Shown in pieces: positions 51,910 through 60,948 of a stretch of DNA of 64,000 nucleotides. A model generated the notes under the pieces. It was not told the DNA's origin. It saw only the letters and a list, made by a program, of their open reading frames with translations, and made no database searches. The DNA comes from an uncultured Candidatus Rokubacteria bacterium (GTDB lineage: Bacteria > Methylomirabilota > Methylomirabilia > Rokubacteriales > CSP1-6): positions 1-64,000 of the forward strand of contig CAVVEU010000004.1 in the NCBI GenBank assembly GCA_963747235.1, read 5' to 3'. Numbering within the stretch: position 1 is the stretch's first letter; the number at the start of each line of letters is the position of its first letter. The position numbers were made by a program, and so were the translations under genes.

Positions 51910-52484
51910 TTACGCCTCGGGCCGGCGTCGAAGCGCAGGCCCATCTTGGTCTTGAACACCTCGAGCGCGTTCGGGTCCACCGCCTGGATCTGCCTGGCGA
52001 TGGCGGGCGGCAGCCCGATGTCGTTGCGGTCGTTGATGCCGCCGGTGATGACGGTCAGCAGCACCGCGTCCCTGGCGCCCACGTTGCGGAAGCCCCGGTT
52101 CACGCCCGGCGGGCACGAGAAGGTGTCCCACTGGTTCAGCACGATCTTCTCGCCCCCGTCGTCGTTGAGCGAGAACTCGAGCGTGCCGTCCAGCACGGTG
52201 AAGGTCTCGAAGGTCTTCACGTGCGCGTGCAGGCACGGCCCCTGGCCCGGCGGCATGATCGAGATGAACATGGTGAGGCCGGCCGCGTTGTAGATCGGCG
52301 CGTCGTTGCCGAAGGCGGACTGGGTGCGCTCCAGCACCACCGGCATCAGCTTGCGGGCCAGGATGATGTCCTTGGCGGCCTGGGTCACCGTGGTGTCGTT
52401 CTTCATGAACTCCATCGGCTGGAGCTGCGCGAAGCGGCCGGTGCGCGCCGCGATCTCGTCGCGGGTCATCTGGACGGTTTCCAT
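51910..52484 (-). CDS. cupin domain protein
   Basis: PPGQGPCLHAH..TFETF, D..S.PPGV.RGF.N; the probable true stop is 51910 via a frameshift. Confidence 0.82.
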
Positions 52485-52508
52485 GGCGAGTCCTTTCTGG
52501 CGGAAGAT

Positions 52509-53562
52509 CTAGCGGAAGACGATGGTGCTGGGGCTGCCCACCGGGACGACGTGCCCGGTGGGCGTGAGCGTGCCGGACTGCCGGTCCACGCGGAAGGCCA
52601 CGATGGTGTCGCTGTCCTGGTTGGCCGCGTAGAGCATCGCGCCCGCCGGGTCGAGGCCGATGAACCGCGGCGTCTTGCCCTGGGTCGGCGCCCAGCCGAC
52701 CGGGGCGAGCGTGCCGGTGGCCTGCTCCACCGCGAACACGACGACGCTGTCGTGGCCGCGATTCGAGGCGTAGACGAAGCGGCCCGACGGGGCGACCGCG
52801 ATCTCCGACGTCGTGTTCCGCCCGGTGAACGCGGGCGGCAGCGTCGTGATGGTCTGGCGTGGCTCCAGCGCGCCGGTGTCGGCGTCGAAGCGATACGTGG
52901 TCAGCGTCGAGTCGAGCTCGTTGAGGACGTAGGCGAAGGGCCCGGTCGGGTGGAAGCCGGCGTGCCGTGGTCCCGCCCCCGGCCGGCTGGCGACCGACGG
53001 GGGCGCGCCCGGGACCAGCTTGCCGCCCGCCGTCCACGCGGAAGACGAAGACCGCGTCGAGGCCCTTGTCCGGCACCAGGCAGAAGCGCCCGCGCGGGTC
53101 GAAGGCGACGTCGTGCGGGTGCGCGCTGGTCTGCTCGGTCGGGTGCGGGCCGGTCTTGCCGGTGAGCGGGACCAGGTCGCGCAGCGCGCCCAGCGCGCCG
53201 TCCGCCTCGATCGGGAGCACCGCGACCGTGCCCGAGCTGTAGTTGGCGCAGACCAGGAAGCGGTCGGAGGCCTCGATCCCGAGGCGCACGCCGTTCTTGC
53301 CCTGGGTCGGCTGGCGGTTCAGGACGCGCAGCCGGCCGGTGGCGGGCTCGATCGCGAAGGCGGTGGCCTCGTGCCCTTCGCCGTGCGCTGCGTACAGCAC
53401 CGGCCGCCGGCGATCGAGCAGGAGCCACGAGGGGTTGACCAGATCGCCCAGGCACTGGACGTGGCTCCAGGCGCCGGAGGCCTCGTCGATGCGGTAGACG
53501 TTGATGCCGTCGCCCCGCCCGTTGCGGTCCTTCGACGTGTAGGCGCCGACGTAGGCGAACAT
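52509..53562 (-). CDS. lactonase family protein (6-phosphogluconolactonase/Pgl-like beta-propeller), frameshift near 53030
   Basis: YVGAYT, NPSW, ANYSSG, HPH, GAGPRH, NELDST, SNRGHDS, ANQDSD. Confidence 0.88.
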
Positions 53563-53681
53563 GGCGGGCCGATGCTGCGACAGCGGCCGCCGAGCTGTCA
53601 AGGGCCCCTTGACACGTCGGGCCGGGGGGCGTTACCTGTCTGGGCGAGCCAACCCGCGACGAATCCCCAGAGGAGGCCATC

Positions 53682-54761
53682 ATGAAAGCAGCCGTGTTCC
53701 ACGGGCCGCATCAGCCGCTCACGATCGAGAACGTCGACATCGACAAGCCCATCGGCCGCGAGGTGCTGGTGCGCACGGTGGCCTCCGGCGTGTGCCACAG
53801 CGATCTGCACTTCGTGGATGGCTTCTACCCGTTCCCCACCCCCGCCATCCTCGGCCACGAGGCGGCCGGCATCGTCGAGGCGGTGGGGCTGCAGGTGAGC
53901 GAGTTCAAGCCGGGCGATCACGTCATCGCCTGCCTGTCCGTCTTCTGCGGGCACTGCGACTACTGCCTCACCGGCAAGACCCATCTCTGCCAGACGCGGC
54001 CGGTGCGGGCCAAGACGGATCCGCCGAAGCTCTCGTGGAAGGGCCAGCCGGTCAACCAGTTCGCCAATCTCTCCGCCTACGCGGAGCAGATGCTGGTGCA
54101 CGAGAACGCGCTGGTGAAGATCGACGACAGCATGCCGCTCGACCGCGCGGCCCTGATCGGCTGCGGGGTCACCACCGGGGTGGGCGCGGTGCTGAACACC
54201 GCGCGCATCGAGGCGGGCTCGACCGTCGCGGTCTTCGGCGCCGGCGGCGTGGGCCTGGCCGCGGTGCAGGGGGCGCGCATCGCGGGCGCCCGCATGATCA
54301 TCGCGGTGGACACCGTCGAGTCCAAGCTGGCCACCGCCAAGGAGCTCGGCGCCACCCACGGGGTGAACGCCAAGGCCGACGACCCGGTCAAGCAGATCCG
54401 GGCCCTGACCAACGGCGGGGTGGACTACTCCTTCGAGTGCATCGGCCTCAAGCTCGCGGCCGAGCAGTGCTTCGACTGCATCAAGCCCGGCGGCACCGCC
54501 ACCATCGTGGGCATGATCCCGGTGGGGCAGAAGATCGAGCTGGACGGCCCGATGTTCCTCCGCGAGAAGAAGATCCAGGGCTGCAGCATGGGCAGCAATC
54601 GCTTCAAGGTGGACATGCCCCACTACATCGAGCTCTACCGGCAGGGGCGGCTCAAGCTGGACGAGATGATCACCCGCCGCGGCAAGCTCGAGGACGTCAA
54701 CGAGGCGTTCCGCGCGATGAAGGCGGGCGAGGTCTCACGCACCGTGCTGATGCTCGGATAG
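53682..54761 (+). CDS. Zn-dependent alcohol dehydrogenase
   Basis: GVCHSD, GHEAAG, CGHCDYC..G...LC, GCGVTTG, GAGGVG. Confidence 0.93.
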   Translation: MKAAVFHGPHQPLTIENVDIDKPIGREVLVRTVASGVCHSDLHFVDGFYPFPTPAILGHEAAGIVEAVGLQVSEFKPGDHVIACLSVFCGHCDYCLTGKTHLCQTRPVRAKTDPPKLSWKGQPVNQFANLSAYAEQMLVHENALVKIDDSMPLDRAALIGCGVTTGVGAVLNTARIEAGSTVAVFGAGGVGLAAVQGARIAGARMIIAVDTVESKLATAKELGATHGVNAKADDPVKQIRALTNGGVDYSFECIGLKLAAEQCFDCIKPGGTATIVGMIPVGQKIELDGPMFLREKKIQGCSMGSNRFKVDMPHYIELYRQGRLKLDEMITRRGKLEDVNEAFRAMKAGEVSRTVLMLG

Positions 54762-54785
54762 GCCTCTGCTACACTACGGAGCGAC

Positions 54786-55085
54786 ATGACCGACAACACC
54801 CCGAAGAGCGCGCTCGAGCTGGCGATGGAGCGGCTCCGGCAGAAGGACAAGGACTCGAACGCGCCCGATCGGCCGCTCACCGACGAGCAGAAGGCGGCCA
54901 TCGCCGAGGTCCGGCAGATGTACCAGGCCAAGGGCGCCGAGCGCGAGATCCTGCACCAGGCCGCGATGCGGAAGGCGGCCAGCCACGAGGAAGTCGAGCA
55001 GCTCAACGAGGGGCTGCGGCGCGATACGGAACGGATGGCGGGCGAGCGGGATCGCAAGATCGCCGCGATCAGGGAAGGGAGGTGA
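54786..55085 (+). CDS. hypothetical helical protein
   Basis: KSALELAMERL...LTDEQKAAIAE; SD GGAG; coding-like codon usage. Confidence 0.75.
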   Translation: MTDNTPKSALELAMERLRQKDKDSNAPDRPLTDEQKAAIAEVRQMYQAKGAEREILHQAAMRKAASHEEVEQLNEGLRRDTERMAGERDRKIAAIREGR

Positions 55086-55089
55086 GCAC

Positions 55090-55149
55090 ATGGCCAAGGG
55101 CCGGAGCATGAAGAAGGAGAAGAAGAAGCCGAAGAAGGAGAAGAAGTAG
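55090..55149 (+). CDS. 19-aa Lys-rich small ORF MAKGRSMKKEKKKPKKEKK
   Basis: Strong SD GGGAGGT overlapping the upstream stop; all Lys codons are AAG; ends 6 nt before the ABC-F start. Missed by the ORF track. Confidence 0.7.
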   Translation: MAKGRSMKKEKKKPKKEKK

Positions 55150-55155
55150 CCGAGC

Positions 55156-56988
55156 GTGCCCCGTTCGCTTCTTCTGAGCTGTGAGGGGGTGGGCAAGGCG
55201 CACGGCCCCCGGTCCCTCTTCGAGGGGCTGTCGTTCGGGCTCTTCGAGGGGGACCAGGTGGGGCTGGTGGGGCCCAACGGGGCCGGCAAGTCCACCCTCC
55301 TGCGCATCCTCGCCGGCATCGAATCGCCCGACCGCGGCCAGCGCTCGCTCCGCAGCGGCGTGCGCGTGGGCTACGTCCCGCAGGATCCCGTCTTCCCGCC
55401 CGAGGGCACCGTCGAGGACGTCCTGACCGCCGTGCTCGCCTCGCTGGACGAGTACGAGCGCGCGGGACGCATCGCCCAGGCCCTGGGCCGCGCCGGGTTC
55501 GACGACGGGCGCGCCGAGGTGGCCGCGCTCTCCGGGGGCTGGCGCAAGCGCCTGGCGATCGCGCGCGAGCTGGCGGGCGAGCCCGACGTCCTGCTGATGG
55601 ACGAGCCCACGAACCACCTGGACGTCGAGGGCATCCTCTGGCTGGAGGGCCTGCTCACCGAGCGGGGGCAGCGCGCCTGTCTCGTGGTGAGCCACGACCG
55701 CTACTTCCTGGAGCACGTGGCCACGCGCATGCTCGAGGTCAACCGCATCTACCCGAGCGGCCTCTTCGAGACCGAGGGCCGCTACAGCGAGTTCCTCACC
55801 CGGCGCGACGAGTTCCTGCGGGGCCAGGCCGCCTACGAGGAGTCCCTCGCCAATACCGTCCGCCGCGAGATCGAGTGGCTGCGACGGGGCGCCAAGGCCC
55901 GCTCCACCAAGGCGAAGGGCCGCATCAAGGAAGCGGATCGGCTGATCGAGGAGCTCGGCGACGCGCGCGCGCGGGCGGCCACCCGCACCGCCGACATCGA
56001 CTTCACCGCCTCCGGCCGGCGCTCGCGCCGGCTGCTCGTCGCCCAGGGGCTGACCAAATCGCTCGGCGGTCGGACGCTGGTGCGGAACCTCGATCTCATC
56101 ATCACGCCGGGCACGCGCATCGGGCTCATGGGGCCGAACGGCAGCGGCAAGACCACCCTGCTCAACGTGCTGGCGGGCGCGCTCGCGCCCGACGCGGGCA
56201 CGATCGAGCGCGCGGAGGACCTGCGCGTCGTCCGGTTCGAGCAGCAGCGGCCGGGGCTCGATCCCACGCAGTCGCTGCGGCGGGCCCTCGCCCCCGAGGG
56301 CGACACGGTGACCTTCCAGGGTCGGACCCTGCACGTGGCGGCCTGGGCCAAGCGCTTCCTGTTCCCGCCCGACCAGCTCGAGGTGTCGGTGGGCCGGCTC
56401 TCGGGCGGCGAGCAGGCCCGCATCCACATCGCGCGGCTGATGCGCGAGCCCGCCGATCTCCTGATCCTCGACGAGCCGACCAACGATCTCGACATCCCGA
56501 CGCTCGACGTGCTGGAGGAGAGCCTGACCACGTTCGAGGGCGGCCTGGTGCTGGTGACGCATGACCGGTTCATGCTCGATCGGGTGGCGACCGGCATCGT
56601 GGCGCTGGATGGGCGCGGGGGGGCGGAGAAGTTCGCCGACTACGCGCAGTGGGAAGCGGCGCGGGTCGCTTCGCGGAAGACGAGCGGGCCTCCCCTCACC
56701 ACCACACCCCTCACCCTGCCCTCTCCCCAGAGGGGAGAGGGAGAGAGGGGGAAGCCGCGGAAGAAGCTCGGGTATCTGGAGCAGCGGGAGCTCGACACGA
56801 TGGAGGCGACGATCCTGGCGGCGGAGACCGCGCTGGAGGCCTGCCGCCGGGCGGCGGAGGACCCGGGCATCGCCTCCGATCCGGCCGCGCTGCAGGCGCG
56901 CTACGCGGCGCTCGAGGCCGCCCGCGCCGAGGTGGACCGGCTCTACGCCCGCTGGGCGGAGCTGACCGCGAAAGGAGACACACGATGA
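55156..56988 (+). CDS. uup: ABC-F family ATPase, Uup-like
   Basis: Two ABC domains (GPNGAGKST, LSGG, DEPTNHLD; GPNGSGKTT, DEPTNDLD), linker EWLRRGAKARSTKAKGRI, no TM segments, C-terminal KKL.Y.EQRE coiled coil. Confidence 0.88.
   Translation: MPRSLLLSCEGVGKAHGPRSLFEGLSFGLFEGDQVGLVGPNGAGKSTLLRILAGIESPDRGQRSLRSGVRVGYVPQDPVFPPEGTVEDVLTAVLASLDEYERAGRIAQALGRAGFDDGRAEVAALSGGWRKRLAIARELAGEPDVLLMDEPTNHLDVEGILWLEGLLTERGQRACLVVSHDRYFLEHVATRMLEVNRIYPSGLFETEGRYSEFLTRRDEFLRGQAAYEESLANTVRREIEWLRRGAKARSTKAKGRIKEADRLIEELGDARARAATRTADIDFTASGRRSRRLLVAQGLTKSLGGRTLVRNLDLIITPGTRIGLMGPNGSGKTTLLNVLAGALAPDAGTIERAEDLRVVRFEQQRPGLDPTQSLRRALAPEGDTVTFQGRTLHVAAWAKRFLFPPDQLEVSVGRLSGGEQARIHIARLMREPADLLILDEPTNDLDIPTLDVLEESLTTFEGGLVLVTHDRFMLDRVATGIVALDGRGGAEKFADYAQWEAARVASRKTSGPPLTTTPLTLPSPQRGEGERGKPRKKLGYLEQRELDTMEATILAAETALEACRRAAEDPGIASDPAALQARYAALEAARAEVDRLYARWAELTAKGDTR
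56693..56741 (+). repeat. 49-bp REP-like palindromic element, copy 2 (in frame in the ABC-F linker, PLTTTPLTLPSPQRGEG)
   Basis: Hairpin CCCTCTCCCC-AGA-GGGGAGAGGG; matches 48240-48288. Confidence 0.9.
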
Positions 56989-57275
56989 GCGATGCGGACG
57001 CGGTGCCCACCGTCAAGGTCGACAATGCGCGCGTGCGGGTGACCGAGTGGCGCTTCGCGCCCGGCGCGCGGACCGGCCACCATCGTCACGAGTACGCCTA
57101 CGTGGTGGTGCCGCTCACCACCGGCTCGCTGACCGCCACCGGCGCGGCGGGCGAGACGACCAACGCGCTCCGCGCCGGCGAGCCCTATTTTCGCGACGCG
57201 GGGGTCGAGCACGACGTGCGCAACGCGAATTCCTTCGAGTTCACCTTCATCGAGATCGAGCTCAAGGACACATGA
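56985..57275 (+). CDS. cupin domain protein
   Basis: DNARVRVTEWRFAPGA.TGHHRH, GVEHDV.N; ATGA overlap. Confidence 0.88.
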   Translation: MSDADAVPTVKVDNARVRVTEWRFAPGARTGHHRHEYAYVVVPLTTGSLTATGAAGETTNALRAGEPYFRDAGVEHDVRNANSFEFTFIEIELKDT

Positions 57276-57385
57276 GAGACGTGCTAGTGTTGTAAGGCCT
57301 TCCTCTGGGCCCCCGCGGCTCACCGGCATCTGGCTCGACCTCGACCTCGCTCACCGGTTTCACGTCCCGTCTCGAAGGGAGCCCC

Positions 57386-57529
57386 ATGAAGAAGAAGCCA
57401 CCAGGAGTCTTCTCGCTCATCGTCACCGCGTTCACGGGCTTCGGCGCCCACATCGTGGCCCTGTGCGTCACGGGCCGGGACCGCCTCCTCGCCTTCCAGG
57501 GGCGGAAGGCGCGGCACGGGAAGCGGTAG
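57386..57529 (+). CDS. 47-aa small protein MKKKPPGVFSLIVTAFTGFGAHIVALC...
   Basis: SD AAGGGAG; basic N-terminus, hydrophobic core and basic tail; not in ORF track. Confidence 0.45.
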   Translation: MKKKPPGVFSLIVTAFTGFGAHIVALCVTGRDRLLAFQGRKARHGKR

Positions 57530-57537
57530 GCGCCCTC

Positions 57538-57816
57538 ATGGCCCTGCCCTCCACGGTCTTTACCGCCGGAGACTTCATCCGGCGCGTCGTCGACAGCCTG
57601 CTGCACGGCGATCACCGGGGCCAGTTCCTCTGCGCGCGGTGCCTCGTCAAGCTGGCGAAGGACAACCTGGACCGGAGCTACATGAAGCCGGACATCGCGC
57701 GGGTGATGGACGACATCTTCGCCACCCCGGGCTCGCTCACGCTCGCGCCCGCGAGCCTCTGCGCGCTGTGCGCGAGGAAGAAGGTCGCGTGTCTCGGAGC
57801 GTCGGCCGCGCGCTGA
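57538..57816 (+). CDS. small CxxC...CxxC (putative Zn-binding) protein
   Basis: FLCARCL...LCALCARKK. Confidence 0.65.
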   Translation: MALPSTVFTAGDFIRRVVDSLLHGDHRGQFLCARCLVKLAKDNLDRSYMKPDIARVMDDIFATPGSLTLAPASLCALCARKKVACLGASAAR

Positions 57817-57830
57817 CGCGAGAGCTCCCC

Positions 57831-58097
57831 ATGTGCGTGTACTGCCGGGAAGATGCCGCCTGCGAGCACGAGCGCGATTCCTGCGCGGCCAGCGGCGGGG
57901 ACACGTGCGCGGCCTGCGGCCACACCTCCGCGGCGCTGCCCTGGCGCCCGCCCGCGTTTCCCGGTCCGGGGCCGCGGTGGAGCCGGCCGAGGCCTCGGGT
58001 GGTCAGGAGCCGGCCGAGCGGAGCACGCCCGGCGGGGCCTGGGGCGGCGGGGCCTGCGAATCCCCCACCGCCGCGAGCTCGCGGCGGTGGGCGCTGA
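57831..58097 (+). CDS. small Cys/His-rich ORF (C-terminus uncertain)
   Basis: MCVYC...CEH...C...CAACGH. Confidence 0.4.
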   Translation: MCVYCREDAACEHERDSCAASGGDTCAACGHTSAALPWRPPAFPGPGPRWSRPRPRVVRSRPSGARPAGPGAAGPANPPPPRARGGGR

Positions 58098-58106
58098 TCG
58101 TTCGGA

Positions 58107-58310
58107 CTAGCGGGTCACGCCGCTACGCGCGCGGCTGAGCCACTGGATATCCAGGTCGTGATCGGTCCAGCCGTGGGTACGGAGATGGGCGATCCAGGCC
58201 TTGACGGTGGCGGCGGGGACTTCGAGATCGGTCGGATCGACCTCGACGGGGGACGCGCAGCGCGCGGGCTTGCTGGGCGGTGGTGGCTTCGTGGGGTTGG
58301 CGACATCCAT
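58107..58310 (-). CDS. small hypothetical protein
   Basis: SD GGAG; WIAHLR.HGW amphipathic helix. Confidence 0.5.
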   Translation of the reverse strand: MDVANPTKPPPPSKPARCASPVEVDPTDLEVPAATVKAWIAHLRTHGWTDHDLDIQWLSRARSGVTR

Positions 58311-58344
58311 GTCGGTCTCCGTGACGTCGTGAGAGGCGAACCGG

Positions 58345-58560
58345 CTACTCGGCGATCATCCGCTGGTTGATCTCGTCGGTGAAGAGCGCGAGCGTGAGCG
58401 GGCACGGCGGCTCGTTCTCGTCGATGTACTGGCAGTCCTTCTCGCTGCACGCGACGAAGAGCTTGCCCCGGCCGGCCATGGAATTCCGCCGCCGCAGCGT
58501 GATGGACACGGACTCGGATACGACCCCGCAGGTGAAGGACTTCGACGGCATGCGACTCAC
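58345..58560 (-). CDS. small four-Cys hypothetical protein
   Basis: SD AAGGAG; FTC...CSEKDC...PPCPL. Confidence 0.6.
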   Translation of the reverse strand: MSRMPSKSFTCGVVSESVSITLRRRNSMAGRGKLFVACSEKDCQYIDENEPPCPLTLALFTDEINQRMIAE

Positions 58561-58716
58561 GCGGACTCCTTTGCGAGAAACAGCGGCGGTGACACGACGA
58601 GAGCGTGAGGTGCGGGCGAGGGCGATGAACGATGGCAGGGTCGCTACGGCCTACCAGTATCTTCAGCGAAGACACGACCAGTATAGCTGATCGCGCGCGG
58701 CCGCAGGAGGCCCATT

Positions 58717-59601
58717 TCAGCGCGGCGCGGCAATGAGCGAGCGGAGCACCGCGATGATCGCGGAGTTGTCGTGGTCGCCCAGGCCGCCCGCCACGCCCGC
58801 GAGCAGGAGCTGCCGGTGGAGCGCGGTCGCCAGCAGCGGGGCGCCCGCCGCGTGGCCCACCTCCAGCATGAGCTCGACGTCCTTCAGGTGCTGCACGAGC
58901 TTGCCTTCCGCCTCGAAATTGCCCTCGATCATGCGCTCGCCCTTGATGTCCATCGCCCGCGAGTAGGCCGAGCTGTCCTTGAGGATGGCGAGCAGGGCCG
59001 TCCCGTCGAGGCCCTGCCGCAGCCCGAACAGCAGGCCCTCGGCGAGAGCCAGCCGGTTGAGCCCGAGGACGAGATTGACGACGAGCTTGGCGCGGGCGCC
59101 CGCGCCGTTCGGGCCGACGTGACGCACGCGCTCGCTGAGCGCGTCCAGGATCGGGCGGCAGCGCGCGAAGACATCGGGATCGCCCCCCACCATCACCGGC
59201 GCCTCGCGCCGGCGCGCCTGCCCGCTCGATCCCGCGACCGGCGCGTCCAGCATCGGGATCCCGCGCGCCGCGAGCCGGGCGGCCAGCGCGGCGGACGCGT
59301 CGGGATGGATCGTGCTGTTGTCGATCACGACGACGCCGGGCGGGGCCGCGTCGATGGCGCCGTCGGGGCCGAGCAGCACGTCGCGGACGAGGTCGGCGGT
59401 CATGAGGCAGGTCATCACCACCGCGGCGCCGCGGGCCGCATCGGCGGGCGAGCGCGCCGGGATGCCGCCCCGCGCCTCGTGCTCGCGCATGCGCTCGGGC
59501 GCGATGTCGAAGCCGCGCACGGTGAAGCCCGCCTTGATCAGGTCCTCGGCGAGCGCCGAGCCCAGCAGGCCCATGCCGATGTACGCGATCACGCCGGCCA
59601 C
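58717..59601 (-). CDS. NAD(P)-dependent beta-hydroxyacid dehydrogenase family protein
   Basis: YIGMGLLG, DNSTI, DAPVAG, KLVVN, KD. Confidence 0.88.
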   Translation of the reverse strand: MAGVIAYIGMGLLGSALAEDLIKAGFTVRGFDIAPERMREHEARGGIPARSPADAARGAAVVMTCLMTADLVRDVLLGPDGAIDAAPPGVVVIDNSTIHPDASAALAARLAARGIPMLDAPVAGSSGQARRREAPVMVGGDPDVFARCRPILDALSERVRHVGPNGAGARAKLVVNLVLGLNRLALAEGLLFGLRQGLDGTALLAILKDSSAYSRAMDIKGERMIEGNFEAEGKLVQHLKDVELMLEVGHAAGAPLLATALHRQLLLAGVAGGLGDHDNSAIIAVLRSLIAAPR

Positions 59602-59618
59602 GGTGCGTCTCCGGGCGA

Positions 59619-60374
59619 CTAGCGGGCGGCGGGGGCGGGACGCGCCGGAGTCAGGTGCTCCAGCAGCCGGCCGAAGCCGGTGATCGGGCGGGTGACGCCG
59701 AGGGCGCGGAGCGCGGTCCAGATCGTGGACTGGTTGGAGCTCACCGCGGGCTTGCCGGTGCGGGCCTCGATGGCCGCGATGGCCTCGACCGAGCGCCACG
59801 CGGTGCAGGAGCAGAGCAGGGCGTCCGCCTCGGGCCGGCAGACCCGCGCGGCGAACTCGGCCACTTCCTCCGGGTCCTGATCGTTGATGCCCTGGTTGCC
59901 GGACGCGGCGGCGCGGGGCTCGCCGTCCACGTTCAGCACCTCGAAGCCCTGGGCCTCGAGGTAGGCGCGCAGCCGCTGGTTGTTCCACTCGGGATACGGC
60001 GTGGCCACCGAGAGCCGCCGGGCCCCGAAGAAGCGGAGCGCCTCGACCACCGAGGGGCTGGTGGCCACCGCGGGCACGCCCGCCTCGCGCCGGATCAGCT
60101 CGAGCATCTCGGTGTCCCAGCCCGGGCCCTTGTAGAAGCTGCCGGTGGTGCACCCGTAGACCACGACGTCCACGTGGGCGGTGGCCAGGTAGCGGGCCCC
60201 GCTCTCGATCTCGCCGTTCATGCGGACGTACGCGTCGTCGCCGGTGCCCTCGTTGGTCATCCACAGGCGCTGGCCGTGGATGGTGACGTCGCGCGGGACC
60301 GTCAGCTGGAAGTCGGCCTCGCACGTGGTGTTCGTGGAGGGGATCATCACGCCGATGCGCTTGCGCGGGCTCAT
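59619..60374 (-). CDS. maleate isomerase / Asp-Glu racemase family protein
   Basis: IGVMIPSTNTT.E, YGCTTGS, TPY, CSCT, SSNQ; both catalytic Cys present. Confidence 0.9.
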   Translation of the reverse strand: MSPRKRIGVMIPSTNTTCEADFQLTVPRDVTIHGQRLWMTNEGTGDDAYVRMNGEIESGARYLATAHVDVVVYGCTTGSFYKGPGWDTEMLELIRREAGVPAVATSPSVVEALRFFGARRLSVATPYPEWNNQRLRAYLEAQGFEVLNVDGEPRAAASGNQGINDQDPEEVAEFAARVCRPEADALLCSCTAWRSVEAIAAIEARTGKPAVSSNQSTIWTALRALGVTRPITGFGRLLEHLTPARPAPAAR

Positions 60375-60910
60375 AGGACGCAGAAGCCCTGCGCCTCGAC
60401 CCCGAGCGGCACGTTGAACTTGCTGCGGAAGTTCTCGAGCGCCACCGCGGCGGTCAGCTCGACGATCTGGGCCTCGTCGTAGCAGGTCTTGAGGCGCGCG
60501 AAGAGCTCGTCGCTCACCCGCTGGCCGGTGATGGTCATGGCCTCCGCGTACTCCAGCGCCACGCGCTCGGCGTCCGAGAAGCGCCGGCTCTCACGCCAGG
60601 TCGGGATCTCGCGCACCTTGTCCTCGTCCGCCCCCGCCTGCATCCCACGGGATGCATTGATGTCGATTCAGAAGGGACAGCCGTTGATCAGGGCGACGCG
60701 GAGGTAGATCAGGGGCAGCAGCGCGGCGGGGAGCCGGCCGGACTTCTCGATGGCGGCGCCGAGCTGCTTGGCCGCCTTCATGATGGGCGGGCAGTGCGCG
60801 AAGACCTTGGTGGGATTCAGGAGCCCGCCGAAGATCTCGCGCTCCCGGGCGAACACGTCCTTCAGGATCGGGTCGCCGCCGTCGTCCTCGATCTCGCTGA
60901 CTCTGGGCAT
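60371..60910 (-). CDS. AhpD/carboxymuconolactone decarboxylase family selenoprotein (CxxU), 179 aa
   Basis: ORFs 60668-60928 and 60371-60643 share a frame: LRVALINGCPF-TGA-IDIN...ERVALEYAEAMT...IVELT. The TGA sits at the second Cys of the CxxC motif. Confidence 0.85.
60639..60656 (-). promoter_or_regulatory. bacterial SECIS-like hairpin
   Basis: UGCAUCC-CGUG-GGAUGCA stem-loop starting 11 nt 3' of the UGA; GU in the apical loop. Confidence 0.75.
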
Positions 60911-60948
60911 GGGAAACGGAGTATACAATAGGGCCCGCGGAGGGCGCG

